Source of the DNA: Patescibacteria group bacterium
Lineage (GTDB): Bacteria; Patescibacteriota; Minisyncoccia; Phycocordibacterales; UBA918
NCBI GenBank assembly: GCA_040386275.1
Contig: JAZKFU010000009.1
Span: 22,367 to 86,366 of the forward strand
Reading direction: 5' to 3'
Length of the DNA: 64,000 nucleotides
The notes beneath the pieces are model-generated. The model was not told the origin of the DNA and searched no databases. It was given only the letters and a program-made list of their open reading frames with translations. The stretch's first letter is position 1. Each line of letters opens with the position of its first letter. A program made the position numbers and the translations under genes. Below, one piece after another: positions 36,607 through 46,973 of this stretch.

Positions 36607-38166
36607 ATGTCAGACAAAAAACCCCGTTATATCACCACCACCTTGCCGTATGTAAACGCTGAACCGCATATTGGGTTTGGGTATGAACTGGTGGTTGCCG
36701 ACACACTTGCACGCCACTGGCGCTTACAGGGGCACGAAGTATTCTTTACCACCGGTACCGACGAACACGGCCAAAAAATTGCTGAAAAAGCAGATAGTGA
36801 GAGTGTCCCGAGGCAACAGTATGTCGATACCTACGCCGCAAAGTTTGCGGAGCTAAAAGGAGCGCTCAATATTTCCAATGACAACTTTATCCGGACCACT
36901 GACGCAACGCATAAAGCCGCGGCTCAGGCTATCTGGAACAAATGTCTAGCTAAAGGTGATATCTATAAAAAAACCTACAAAGGTCTCTACTGCGTCGGGG
37001 ATGAGATGTTTTTACGTGATAGTGACTTAGTAAATGGACGGTGTCCGAATCATCCAAATGTAGACCCGGTAGAAATTGAAGAAGAAAATTACTTTTTTAA
37101 ACTCTCAGAATATCAAACTAAACTTACTAAATATTTATCCGATCCGACGCGGACTCTGTCTGAATCGTACCGCACCTGGGCCTTGCAGTTTGTGACGGCT
37201 GGACTTGAGGACTTGAGTATCTCCCGCAGTAAAAAGCGGATGGACTGGGGGATTGATGTGCCAGGGGATGATGAGCACGTCATGTACGTGTGGTTTGACG
37301 CGTTGACCAACTACATCAGTACGCTCGGCTGGCCTGAAGACGCAGCTGGTAATTTTAAAAAATTCTGGGTAGAGGGTGAGACGGTGCAGTTAGCGGGGAA
37401 AGATCAGGTTCGATTCCAATCTATTATTTTTCAGGCAATGTTGATGTCGGCTGATGTACCCACCACCGATACTATTTGTTATCACGGGTTTATTAATAGT
37501 GGGGGGCAGAAAATGAGTAAGAGTCTCGGCAATGTAATTTCGCCGTATGAACTTGTTGCACGCTACGGCACTGACGCTACGCGGTATTTACTGTTGCGCC
37601 ATGTGCACCCGTTTGATGATACTGATGTTACCTGGGACAGACTGGATGAATGGTACACCGCGGACTTGGTAAATGGGCTAGGGAATCTAGTAGCCCGGGT
37701 GATGAAAATGGCCGAGACTCATGTCGAGAAACCAGATTATTTAGATTATGATGAAGCATATAAGTTAGTTTCTCAGCAAGCGCAAATATTGGTACCAAGA
37801 CATGACAATCAAATATCAGTCCAATATAAAACTGAGATCGATAATTTTTTACTTCAAGATTCAATAGATTTAATTTGGGCACATATTCAACTTATTGACG
37901 AAGAGATTACAAAAAGTGAACCTTTTAAAGTCATTAAAACTAATCCTGAAGAAGCTAAAAAAATTATAATTAAGCTTAGAAGTGATCTCACAGAGGTTGC
38001 TTTGTTAGTACTGCCATTTATGCCTTATACTGCAAAAATTATTCTCGAAGCTATAGCTCAAAACAAAAAACCTGAAAACCTTTTTAATCGACTTCCACTC
38101 AAAACTGAGTCAATAGCTTTTAAAATTGACGGCGGTAATGCTAATCTTCAAATAGATGGAAAATAA
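36607..38166 (+). CDS. metG: methionine--tRNA ligase (short form)
   Basis: LPYVNAEPHIG, GTDEHGQK, YVWFDALTNY, KMSKSLGN. Confidence 0.96.
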   Translation: MSDKKPRYITTTLPYVNAEPHIGFGYELVVADTLARHWRLQGHEVFFTTGTDEHGQKIAEKADSESVPRQQYVDTYAAKFAELKGALNISNDNFIRTTDATHKAAAQAIWNKCLAKGDIYKKTYKGLYCVGDEMFLRDSDLVNGRCPNHPNVDPVEIEEENYFFKLSEYQTKLTKYLSDPTRTLSESYRTWALQFVTAGLEDLSISRSKKRMDWGIDVPGDDEHVMYVWFDALTNYISTLGWPEDAAGNFKKFWVEGETVQLAGKDQVRFQSIIFQAMLMSADVPTTDTICYHGFINSGGQKMSKSLGNVISPYELVARYGTDATRYLLLRHVHPFDDTDVTWDRLDEWYTADLVNGLGNLVARVMKMAETHVEKPDYLDYDEAYKLVSQQAQILVPRHDNQISVQYKTEIDNFLLQDSIDLIWAHIQLIDEEITKSEPFKVIKTNPEEAKKIIIKLRSDLTEVALLVLPFMPYTAKIILEAIAQNKKPENLFNRLPLKTESIAFKIDGGNANLQIDGK

Positions 38167-38761
38167 CAAAACTCAAATTGTTTTTATTCATGGTGGAGAC
38201 TCGTTTGATACCATCCAGGAATTCTATGAGGCGCTACGCACTTGGACCTACAATCCCTATAAAGAAGAGCGAAAACGCTGGCGTGATGCAATAATGCTCG
38301 CTACCGAATCAACCCATGATTTTATCGTTCCTTCTATGCCTAATAAACAAAACGCAGATTATATTGCGTGGGCTATTTGGTTTGAAAAAGTCATTCCTTT
38401 TTTGCGTGACGGCGTAATTCTAGTAGGTCATTCATTAGGTGGGGGCTTTCTCTTGCGGTACTTAAGTGAAAATAAATTACCTATAACAATTTCCCAACTG
38501 CATTTAATTGCCGGAGTGATTGATGATGTAGATTGCCCAGGAGTGGGGGAATTTGGTATTGCTGTTACTCAGTGGTCCGGGTTTATTTCTACAATAGAAG
38601 AAATCCATCTCTGGCATAGTTCGGATGATGAATATGTGCCATTACATCACACCGAGCGTCTCGCGAGTAAATGCCCACAGGCAATCACGCATTACTTTAC
38701 CGACAGAGGCCACTTTCTCCAGCCAGAATTTCCCGAGCTTTTACTTGAAATCCAAAAATAA
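38156..38761 (+). CDS. RBBP9/YdeN-family alpha/beta hydrolase
   Basis: FIHGG, GHSLGG, HSSDD.YVP, RGHF. Confidence 0.88.
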   Translation: MENNKTQIVFIHGGDSFDTIQEFYEALRTWTYNPYKEERKRWRDAIMLATESTHDFIVPSMPNKQNADYIAWAIWFEKVIPFLRDGVILVGHSLGGGFLLRYLSENKLPITISQLHLIAGVIDDVDCPGVGEFGIAVTQWSGFISTIEEIHLWHSSDDEYVPLHHTERLASKCPQAITHYFTDRGHFLQPEFPELLLEIQK

Positions 38762-38769
38762 TCATCCGT

Positions 38770-39627
38770 ATGAACGTTACCTATATTGATACTCACGCCC
38801 ATCTTAATCTCTCTGCTTTTTCGGAGGATGTTGAAGCGGTCATCGCTACATGTGATGCGCAAAGTGTGGGGGTGATAAATATTGGTACCAAGGAATCAAC
38901 CAGCACTAAAGCCGTTGCGCTCGCGCTTTCACACTCAAACCTCTATGCCATGGTGGGACTGCATCCGATTCAGACGGTGCCGCAAGCGCATGATGAAGAT
39001 GAAATTGGTTTAGGAGGCGCTCCATTTGTTTCAAAAGGAGAAACATTTAATACCGATTTTTACCGTAATTTAATTGCTACTAGTAACGGAAAAGTAGTGG
39101 GGATAGGTGAGTGTGGGTTTGATTATTATCATACCAATCCAGATACCTATATTACTCAAGAGATAGCGTTTATAGAGCAAATCAAGTTGGCTAATGAACT
39201 AAATTTGCCGCTTATGATTCATACCCGCGGACCCAAGCCAGGGGAGACTAGTCCTACCGGTCGCAGCGTCTATGCAGATGTTCAGGCAATTTTAAGTCAG
39301 TACTCCAAAGTTCCATTTAACGTGCATTTTTATGCCGGCACCTACGAAGAAGCCAAAGCATTTTTTGAGATTGGCGGCACCATTTCATTTACCGGCGTTA
39401 TCACCTTTGCCAAAGTCTATGAAGATATAGTAAAAGCGGTACCGCTTGATTTGATTCACGCCGAAACTGATTGTCCGTATGTAGCCCCGATACCACACCG
39501 CGGAAAGCGCTGTGAACCGTGGATGGTGCAGGCAGTCTATAAAAAAATTGCGCAGATACGCGGTGAGGATGAAGAAATGGTCCGGGAACAATTACTCCAA
39601 AACGCCCGTAGTTTGTATAAATTATAG
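38770..39627 (+). CDS. tatD: TatD-family nuclease
   Basis: IDTHAHL, GLHP, IGECGFDY, IHTR, ETDCPY. Confidence 0.94.
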   Translation: MNVTYIDTHAHLNLSAFSEDVEAVIATCDAQSVGVINIGTKESTSTKAVALALSHSNLYAMVGLHPIQTVPQAHDEDEIGLGGAPFVSKGETFNTDFYRNLIATSNGKVVGIGECGFDYYHTNPDTYITQEIAFIEQIKLANELNLPLMIHTRGPKPGETSPTGRSVYADVQAILSQYSKVPFNVHFYAGTYEEAKAFFEIGGTISFTGVITFAKVYEDIVKAVPLDLIHAETDCPYVAPIPHRGKRCEPWMVQAVYKKIAQIRGEDEEMVREQLLQNARSLYKL

Positions 39628-39672
39628 ATTTTTGTATAGTAATGAAAGACCTATACTAGAGGAGCACGAACA

Positions 39673-39996
39673 ATGCTTATTGTTGTTGATGATAATCCGT
39701 TCTTTGATAGTGATTTACTGACCGAGGAAATCAAACAGTTATTTTTTGGTTTACGATTGGAAGTCAGGGGTCCCTTTGATGGTTTCTTTCCGGAGAAGTT
39801 TTACATGGTGACGTTACAAGAATTTTACACCAAGCTAAACGTTCCCTTGTACGAACGGGCGTTACTAATTTTTAGGACCCAAGTGTGCGTGTTCACTACG
39901 CTCGCTGAACAGCCATTTTTTGATGAAGTCGCTCAGTTAATTGAGATACCGATTCGGGCCTCAGCTTGTCTCGTTACCACTGGCGCAATCCACTAG
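39673..39996 (+). CDS. hypothetical protein
   Basis: GAGGAG SD. Confidence 0.6.
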   Translation: MLIVVDDNPFFDSDLLTEEIKQLFFGLRLEVRGPFDGFFPEKFYMVTLQEFYTKLNVPLYERALLIFRTQVCVFTTLAEQPFFDEVAQLIEIPIRASACLVTTGAIH

Positions 39997-40085
39997 ATTG
40001 TGCCAGTTTCTACTGTTGCTTATGTAAGTGCTTGCTTGTAAAAAATCTAAGCCTACGAATAGTAGCGTAAGAATAGGAGGGAGAA

Positions 40086-40391
40086 ATGACAGAAATCTGT
40101 GACTGGTCAACTGGACACTTTATGATTGCTCGAATTGATAGCTTGACTGCTCAAGCGGGTGAATCATGGTGGTGCGAATGCTTACGACCGTATGGTCATG
40201 CCGGCCCCCATCTTATCAAACGAGTTGAGAGGATTGGCGGTCAATATGTAATCTGGGAGCAAGACTGTTGTGAGCCAGGGACGTGTGAAGGTTGTGACGG
40301 AGAAGATCCCGAAGACTACTGTTTGACCTTTAGAGAAGTAGATGAAATGGTAGCAAGCAGACTTATTGCCGACGGTTCCCTAGAATCATAA
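40086..40391 (+). CDS. small Cys/His-rich hypothetical protein (possible metal binding)
   Basis: GGAGG SD; CECLRPYGHAGPH and CC..CxxC. Confidence 0.65.
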   Translation: MTEICDWSTGHFMIARIDSLTAQAGESWWCECLRPYGHAGPHLIKRVERIGGQYVIWEQDCCEPGTCEGCDGEDPEDYCLTFREVDEMVASRLIADGSLES

Positions 40392-40500
40392 AGGCCAGCG
40401 AACAAACGCTGGCCTTTCTATTATTTAAATATTCACAAAAGTTTTCGAGATACTAAAAACCCTTAAATCAGTTTAGTAGCCAGGCTCGCTCAATTAATCT

Positions 40501-40625
40501 AAATTATCTCAAAAATGAGATGAACGCGCGACGCGCGAGGAAAATTTCCCGAGCCTTACTTTCTGTAAGGTGAGGGGAATTTTGCCGAAGCGCAACAAAG
40601 CGGGCGCTCATTTTTGTGGTAATTT
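40501..40625. repeat. palindromic element family B, copy 3 (reverse orientation)
   Basis: Reverse strand CTCACCTTAC-N5-GTAAGGCTC, compensatory variant. Confidence 0.78.
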
Positions 40626-40626
40626 A

Positions 40627-41577
40627 TTAGTCGAAGATGGATATTAGATACTCATCAATCTTCCGCTGCTCCCAGTCATAAAAACTGGCATCTGCTTTAT
40701 CTAAATCCTTTGCTAAATCTTCACCGACAAAACGCCAGTGCCACGGTTCAAACACGTAATAAGCATTACCTTTTGGGTAGGAGAGGGTGAAGCCGTACTT
40801 GGAAGCATTTTCCAACATCCAGGTATAGGCTGGAGTGCCTTCGAACCCATCCAATCCGCCACCCAGTCCTTCGGTCGTAAAATCGAGCGTGGTACCGAGT
40901 TGGTGTTCGGAGTAGCCCTGGTCGGCGGAGAACGTGTTGGCGCCACTGCCGTAGGTTTGGGTGTAGGCACCTTTAAGACTGGCTTGTTCGTTAAAGGAAC
41001 GGTACGCTGACACCACCCAAATTTTAATACCATCTGCTAACGCAGCTTCTATCATATCATTAAGATACGGTTCGACTTTGCCGTGAATTGATTTGGAAAT
41101 GGCTTCGTTATACAGATATTTCTTCTCAATCGGGACAATTTTTTCCGGGATGTAGTGTTCGTTTAAGAAATAGACTTTAGAGTATTTTTGCAGTAACTCT
41201 TTGTCGGTTTTAGAGAGTTTATCGAGCACACCAACGGTACCAGAAATTTTCTTAATCTGGTCTTCAAATTCATCGTTTTTATTCTTTTCTTTTCGATAAT
41301 CGTCCTCGATGTCATCTAGTTCTTCCGCGGTGAGGGACAGTCGGCTGGAGAGTTCGGCGATCGTACTGCTCGCTAATTCCCGTTCTTCAAGCAGACTTTG
41401 GGTGCTAGAAGCGTTTTCCAAGAGGAAATAGTTACGTTCCGCCAACAGCATGTCGATTTTCTTTGCTTGTGACCAGGTAGAGTACGATAAATACCCGGTA
41501 CCAATCAGTAAGACCACAATTGCCCCCAAATAGAGGTATTTTGGATGAATTTTCCGACGAACAATAACTCGTGACAT
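40627..41577 (-). CDS. M15B D-Ala-D-Ala carboxypeptidase (VanY-like) with coiled-coil stalk
   Basis: SAYRS..EQ, SEHQLG..LD, EPWHWRF; N-terminal TM. Confidence 0.9.
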   Translation of the reverse strand: MSRVIVRRKIHPKYLYLGAIVVLLIGTGYLSYSTWSQAKKIDMLLAERNYFLLENASSTQSLLEERELASSTIAELSSRLSLTAEELDDIEDDYRKEKNKNDEFEDQIKKISGTVGVLDKLSKTDKELLQKYSKVYFLNEHYIPEKIVPIEKKYLYNEAISKSIHGKVEPYLNDMIEAALADGIKIWVVSAYRSFNEQASLKGAYTQTYGSGANTFSADQGYSEHQLGTTLDFTTEGLGGGLDGFEGTPAYTWMLENASKYGFTLSYPKGNAYYVFEPWHWRFVGEDLAKDLDKADASFYDWEQRKIDEYLISIFD

Positions 41578-41716
41578 AGTTGCTCTTAAGTATATCACGC
41601 ATGCTTGAAAGAGGGCACTAATTGTGGTACTGTACTAACATTATTAGAGTGGGGATTAGGGCGGGGTAACACTGGTTTGCCAGTTCCCGGACTAATTCAC
41701 ATAATAAAAAATAAGA

Positions 41717-42244
41717 ATGTCAGAAACAACAATGCCAGCTATCGAGGCAGAAATTCGTACTGATGAGCAAGAAATTGCCTCATACGAACTCGCCTACCAC
41801 ATACTTCCAACGGTAGCTGAAGGGGAAGTGATGGCAGTGACTCAGTCACTCAAAGACCTTATTACTAAAGCCGGTGGTCAAATTTTTGACACCGAAGACG
41901 CAGAACGCTTCGAACTAGCCTACGAGATTGATAAATATCTTGAAGGTAAGTACCGAAAGTTCAACAGTGCATACTTTGGATGGACACGTTTCAAACTTGC
42001 TCCATTAGCGCTTAATCAACTCACTGAACACGTGGATGAACACAAGCAACTCCTACGATTCCTCCTCGTTCGATTAACGAAAGTAGAAGAAGCTAATCCG
42101 TTCCGTTTCCACGAAGCGTTAGTAGACACAAAAGTACGAAACATTGATCTTGATGCTGAAGTTGCTGCCGACACCGAAGTGGTAGATACTGAGGGTATCG
42201 TCGATGAAGTGGTTGAAGGTGGAGACGATGTGAAGATTGCGTAG
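41717..42244 (+). CDS. rpsF: 30S ribosomal protein S6 (extended termini)
   Basis: YEL, LAYEI, LLRFLL; rpsF-ssb-rpsR synteny. Confidence 0.88.
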   Translation: MSETTMPAIEAEIRTDEQEIASYELAYHILPTVAEGEVMAVTQSLKDLITKAGGQIFDTEDAERFELAYEIDKYLEGKYRKFNSAYFGWTRFKLAPLALNQLTEHVDEHKQLLRFLLVRLTKVEEANPFRFHEALVDTKVRNIDLDAEVAADTEVVDTEGIVDEVVEGGDDVKIA

Positions 42245-42276
42245 TACCTTATTTCGTAATTTGTAACTAAAACTAT

Positions 42277-42741
42277 ATGTACCTTAACAAAGCCATGATT
42301 TACGGAAATCTCACCCGAGACCCGGAAATGAAATCCCTTCCGAGCGGCATGCAAGTATGCTCGTTCTCAGTTGCTACCAACCGTTCATACAATGACCGTG
42401 ATGGTAAGCGCCAAGAAGCAGTTGAATACCACAATATTACTGCCTTTGGTAAACAAGCCGAAGTTATCTCTAAGTATTTAACAAAAGGTAGTGGTGTGTA
42501 CGTTGAAGGACGTTTACAAACCAACAGCTGGGAAAAAGACGGAGTCAAACAATATCGTACCGAAATTGTCGTCGATAAATTTGAATTTGGTCCGAAAGGT
42601 GGCGGCGCAGGAGGCAGTAGTACAAGTAACGCAGGAAACGCAGGCAGTAATGCCACTAGTACCGGGGGTAATAACAATAGTGCACCGGTGCTACCTGAGT
42701 ATCCAACGGAAGACATCAATCCCGAAGACATCCCTTTCTAA
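42277..42741 (+). CDS. ssb: single-stranded DNA-binding protein
   Basis: LNKAMIYGNLTRDPE, VEGRLQT, EDIPF tail. Confidence 0.97.
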   Translation: MYLNKAMIYGNLTRDPEMKSLPSGMQVCSFSVATNRSYNDRDGKRQEAVEYHNITAFGKQAEVISKYLTKGSGVYVEGRLQTNSWEKDGVKQYRTEIVVDKFEFGPKGGGAGGSSTSNAGNAGSNATSTGGNNNSAPVLPEYPTEDINPEDIPF

Positions 42742-42863
42742 CGAACGAATATACCCAATCTACTGCGTTGCAATGACTGTTTGTTCGGTTACCGTACCGA
42801 CGTACGGCTCTCTCTCAAACAATCATCGCGCCTTGTATCTCGGGCATCTCGTTCATTAGAAAA
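42734..42863. repeat. palindromic element family B, copy 4
   Basis: CTGCGTTG...ACCGTAC-N4-GTACGGCTC...GCCTTGTATCT. Confidence 0.78.
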
Positions 42864-42949
42864 TAGTTTAGAAAGTGCATCTGCATCATCTTTAAACTTT
42901 AAAACACCTCGTAACGTAAATTTGAAAACTTATTAGTTAAAATACCAAC

Positions 42950-43153
42950 ATGGAACAACATAATCTTCACAAAAAGGCGGCTTTGGAGCATATTGATTAC
43001 AAAGACATCACTAGTCTCGCAAACAATATCAACCCACACGCACGTATGAACAGTCGACGTCGAACTGGCTTCTCAGCCAAGGCACAACGTGACTTTTCTC
43101 GAGCGATTAAGCGGGCGCGGTTTATGGCCCTAATGCCATACATCGCCCGCTAA
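42950..43153 (+). CDS. rpsR: 30S ribosomal protein S18
   Basis: IDYKD, RRTG, QR...AIKRAR.MALMPY. Confidence 0.94.
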   Translation: MEQHNLHKKAALEHIDYKDITSLANNINPHARMNSRRRTGFSAKAQRDFSRAIKRARFMALMPYIAR

Positions 43154-43276
43154 AGCTTCCATAGCAAGCCATCTGCTGCGTTGGGACTGCGGTAAAATTT
43201 TACTCACCGTACAAAAGGTACGGCTCGCAAAATTTTCCTTGCCCACCTTGCATATGACTCACTCTGAAAACTTTAG
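43150..43276. repeat. palindromic element family B, copy 5
   Basis: Closely matches 24820-24900. Confidence 0.8.
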
Positions 43277-43395
43277 TAGAAATCTGCTTAACTAATTCAG
43301 TGGAAAAAGAAAAAACACCCGGTGGGGTGTTTTTTTTGAAATTGAGGTATATACTAATTGCGGAATGAGTGGCTCTGGAGGGAAAGGATATATCC

Positions 43396-43584
43396 ATGGG
43401 ATTAGCTGTTCTCGCTGGTGTGTGTGGTTACAGTTGGTTGGTAGCGCTGCTTTTTGCTGGCTTTCCAGTCTTGATTGCGGTGGGTCAAGGATGGTTGGTA
43501 GCTATGTTGGTTATGGGACTGCCCATTGCCTTTGGGTACATTGAAAGCATGCCCAATCGCTTTGCTAAGCATGCTTCAAAATGA
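43396..43584 (+). CDS. small two-TM hypothetical protein
   Basis: AAGGA SD, hydrophobic, followed by hairpin. Confidence 0.55.
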   Translation: MGLAVLAGVCGYSWLVALLFAGFPVLIAVGQGWLVAMLVMGLPIAFGYIESMPNRFAKHASK

Positions 43585-43646
43585 GACGAGAAAGGCCCCG
43601 CACTTGTGTGGGGCCTTACTGTGTATGGGGCAGTTCTAATTCCTGG

Positions 43647-44222
43647 CTACGCTTTCTCGATTCGTTCTGAGTAGTCGCCTGACTCGGTGTTAATTGAAAT
43701 CACGTCTCCTTCATTGATAAACATTGGTACCATGACGGTGGCGCCAGTTTCTACGGTTACTTGTTTAAGGGCACTACTTGAAGTGTTACCTTTAACCGCA
43801 GGCATGGCTTCGGTTACCTTAAGCTCTACTTTAATAGGAAACTTGATACCAATAATCTCTTCTTCAAATACTAACGCTTGTACGTCACTGCGTTCCTTAA
43901 GGAATTTACCGGGGTCTCCAATAAAGTCTTCGGTGAGGGCAAAGCGTTCTGCTGGCTTGCCAGCGTTATGGAACCAGTATTCACTTCCTTTGCGATAAAT
44001 GAATGTTACGTTTTTGTTTTCAAGATCAGCCTCGTCTGCTGTTTCGCTTACGTGGAAGGTTTGTTCGTACTGACGACCAGACTTCAAACCTTTAAGTTTA
44101 GTAATGTTTACCGGCTTACGTTGTTGCTTCCGAAACACGTGAGTAGCGAGCACTAAACAAGGCTCATCGTTAAAGATGATTACTTTCTTGAGGGTTATTT
44201 CGTTGTATGAGAGGACAGCCAT
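43647..44222 (-). CDS. efp: elongation factor P
   Basis: P.VKGNT, ETGA...VP.FI..GD.I.I.T..G.Y.ER. Confidence 0.93.
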   Translation of the reverse strand: MAVLSYNEITLKKVIIFNDEPCLVLATHVFRKQQRKPVNITKLKGLKSGRQYEQTFHVSETADEADLENKNVTFIYRKGSEYWFHNAGKPAERFALTEDFIGDPGKFLKERSDVQALVFEEEIIGIKFPIKVELKVTEAMPAVKGNTSSSALKQVTVETGATVMVPMFINEGDVISINTESGDYSERIEKA

Positions 44223-44231
44223 GAAGTGAGA

Positions 44232-44323
44232 AAACGAGCGTAGCGACTATTACGAACTTCCTTCCGAATTTGTCCCTTTCCTAGGACAAATTCCTGGAAT
44301 ATGTAATCGTTGCGTACTGCTCA
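44232..44323. repeat. palindromic element family A, copy 2 (efp 5' leader)
   Basis: See 12185 and 49211. Confidence 0.8.
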
Positions 44324-44425
44324 ATTAAAATGAATAATAGCGTCACATTTATACCAAAATTACCCATTAAAAGCAACGCGTGTACAGCAACCAAAGCGTT
44401 AGTTTGGTGGTATTATTAAAGAATT

Positions 44426-45016
44426 ATGCAATTGTTTGGCAATTCAGAAAACATGAGCGAACTATCTGATGAAGATATTTTACTGCGTTCCCGCGCTCAC
44501 CCCTGGCTGTTTTCAATGATTCTCGAACGCTACCAAGACGCTTTTTTCCGTAAAGCCATGGGAATTATCCATACTAAAGAGGATGCCGAAGAAATAGTAC
44601 AAGACACGTTTACCAAAATTTACCTGCATGCTGATTCCTTTAGCCCGGTTGAAGGCGCCAAATTTTCTTCGTGGGCGTACCGAATTTTAATGAACACCGC
44701 CTTTACCGCCTACCAAAAGCGCATCAAGCAAGGTGCACGCTTTCAAAATATTGATCCGGAGTTTGAACAGTTTGTGGCCGATAAATCAGGTGGGGTAGCG
44801 GCTACGGAAATTCATGACGGGGTAGAGCGCATTTTAGCTCGATTGCCGGGCCATTTCTCGAGCGTATTGCGGTTGCACTACATTGAACGCTGGAGTCACC
44901 AAGATATAGCCACCGAAACGGGTGAGGCCGTAGGGACCATAAAAGCCCGTATCCACCGAGCCAAGGCCGCCTTTCGAAAGGAAAGTACCGAACTGGAACA
45001 GCAACAATTACTGTAA
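44426..45016 (+). CDS. ECF-type RNA polymerase sigma factor
   Basis: DAEEIVQDTF.K, FSSWAYRI..N, region 4 S..DIA...G..VGTIKARIHRA. Confidence 0.92.
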   Translation: MQLFGNSENMSELSDEDILLRSRAHPWLFSMILERYQDAFFRKAMGIIHTKEDAEEIVQDTFTKIYLHADSFSPVEGAKFSSWAYRILMNTAFTAYQKRIKQGARFQNIDPEFEQFVADKSGGVAATEIHDGVERILARLPGHFSSVLRLHYIERWSHQDIATETGEAVGTIKARIHRAKAAFRKESTELEQQQLL

Positions 45017-45049
45017 CTATTATTTACTACCTGCTGTTATATACCATAT

Positions 45050-45403
45050 ATGAATAACCATGCTACTCATCCATCATCCGTTACGCTCAGACGCGCTATT
45101 ATGCGTCGCGTGTGGTACACGTATATGTTCAGTCTTATCTTGCGGGAAAGTACTGTGTGGGGACTGGCGTTTGGGGGGAGTGTAATTGGGTTTTGGAAAT
45201 TAGTGTCTATCACCAGTATCGTGCAGAATTTCCTGAATGTCCCAGTCGGTCATGTGCCGATGTATGTGCTTAATTCGCTCCTGCAGGCCGAAACCCTCGC
45301 GTTGATTGCCTTTGGCATAATTGTATTTACGGTGTTGTCAGTAGGATTTAAAATTAGTGTGCCAGTTTTTACCCCACGTGCTCAGAAATTCAGTTCGGTC
45401 TAA
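45050..45403 (+). CDS. membrane protein, putative anti-sigma factor
   Basis: Hydrophobic segments; directly downstream of the ECF sigma. Confidence 0.6.
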   Translation: MNNHATHPSSVTLRRAIMRRVWYTYMFSLILRESTVWGLAFGGSVIGFWKLVSITSIVQNFLNVPVGHVPMYVLNSLLQAETLALIAFGIIVFTVLSVGFKISVPVFTPRAQKFSSV

Positions 45404-45476
45404 TACCTTATACATAACTATAAAAAATCAGCCGGTAGTAGCCGGCTGATTTTTTAATTGGATAGCGGAGTTAGAG

Positions 45477-46559
45477 TTATTTGGTTTCAGCGTGTTCAGC
45501 TTTTAGCGCTGCGCGCACGTGTTTAAGCATCTCATCTTTGAGTTTCGTATTTTCTCTAAGGAATGTTCGGGCAGCATCATAGCCTCGACCCAATTTTTCA
45601 GTAGTTGATTCATCTCCGCCGGGGGGAGTGTATGAGTATGAAGAGCCTGATTTGGTAACAAATTTATACTTTTCCCCGAGAGCAAGAATCTCACCTTCAA
45701 TCGAGATACCTTCATTATAAATAAGGTCAAACTCAGTACTCTTAAATGGAGAAGCTACTTTGTTCTTCACGACCTTAACGCGGTGGCGACCGCCGACAAT
45801 TTCTTCACCCTTTTTAATTTGGGCAATACGACGGATATCGAGACGCACTGAAGTGTAGAACTTAAGCGCCTTTCCACCGGGGGTTGTTTCAGGGTTACCA
45901 AACATAACACCAATCTGCATACGGATTTGGTTAATAAAGATAACTACCGTTTTTGATTTGGCAACAATACTCGTCAGTTTACGTAACGCCTGACTCATCA
46001 ATCGCGCCTGCTTACCCACGTGGTGGGCACCCATTTCACCCTCAATTTCATCGCGGGGAGTAAGGGCAGCTACGGAGTCGATAACAATCACGTCAATTTT
46101 ACCGGTTCTTACGAGAGACTCCACGATTTCAAGCGCTTGTTCACCGTTATCAGGTTGTGAGATTAAGAGTTCATCGAGTTTAACACCGAGGTTCTTGGCG
46201 TACTCTGGGTCCATAGCATGCTCAGCATCGATAAAGGCACAGATACCACCTAACTTTTGTGCTTCAGCAATCGCGTGTAGGGAAAGGGTAGTCTTACCAG
46301 AAGATTCTGGACCATAAATTTCAATAATACGACCGCGGGGGAATCCGCCAATTCCTAACGCTTCATCAAGACCAATCGAGCCAGTCGGGACGACATCAAT
46401 ATCAACCTTACGACTCTCGGACAAGGTCATAATCGCTTCATCACCAAATTTAGTTTTCAGTGCCCGGAGAGTTTCCGCAATATCAGCAATGCCGCCTTCT
46501 TTACTAGTAGCGGCTTCACCAACAACTTTTTTTTCTTTGGCAGCTTTTTTTGGTTTCAT
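45477..46559 (-). CDS. recA: recombinase RecA
   Basis: [28 protein letters not shown]. Confidence 0.98.
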   Translation of the reverse strand: MKPKKAAKEKKVVGEAATSKEGGIADIAETLRALKTKFGDEAIMTLSESRKVDIDVVPTGSIGLDEALGIGGFPRGRIIEIYGPESSGKTTLSLHAIAEAQKLGGICAFIDAEHAMDPEYAKNLGVKLDELLISQPDNGEQALEIVESLVRTGKIDVIVIDSVAALTPRDEIEGEMGAHHVGKQARLMSQALRKLTSIVAKSKTVVIFINQIRMQIGVMFGNPETTPGGKALKFYTSVRLDIRRIAQIKKGEEIVGGRHRVKVVKNKVASPFKSTEFDLIYNEGISIEGEILALGEKYKFVTKSGSSYSYTPPGGDESTTEKLGRGYDAARTFLRENTKLKDEMLKHVRAALKAEHAETK

Positions 46560-46576
46560 AGTATAGTTATTTGTAT

Positions 46577-46960
46577 TTACAGAGGAATAATAGAAGTCGG
46601 GGTGTACACAAATTGTTTTACAATACGTTGCGTTCGACCGTAGCGGTCCGTTGCTTGTATGGTAGCTACATTATACCCGTTTTCGAGCACAAGTGCCTCA
46701 TCAAAGTACCCAGTGCGATCGGTAAATATCTGCCGACCATTTAAATTAATGGTACTGATATTACTCGCTTTACCGCGCAAATGAACCACCTGACTATTTT
46801 GGACACTCTCCGGTTCATTAATTAGGGAAAGCTTCGGTCCTTCGAGTAAAAACCGCGCCTGGTACATGACATAGAGCACAATCAGGGTACAGGCCATCAT
46901 AATAATGACAGCGTAGACAATTGAGCGAAATTGGATGTGGGAGCGAAAGATACCGGTCAT
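46577..46960 (-). CDS. small TM-anchored Ig-like protein
   Basis: TM then LNG..I..D..G.F...L.L..GYN...I.ATDRYG. Confidence 0.75.
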   Translation of the reverse strand: MTGIFRSHIQFRSIVYAVIIMMACTLIVLYVMYQARFLLEGPKLSLINEPESVQNSQVVHLRGKASNISTINLNGRQIFTDRTGYFDEALVLENGYNVATIQATDRYGRTQRIVKQFVYTPTSIIPL

Positions 46961-46973
46961 TATTAATCACTAA

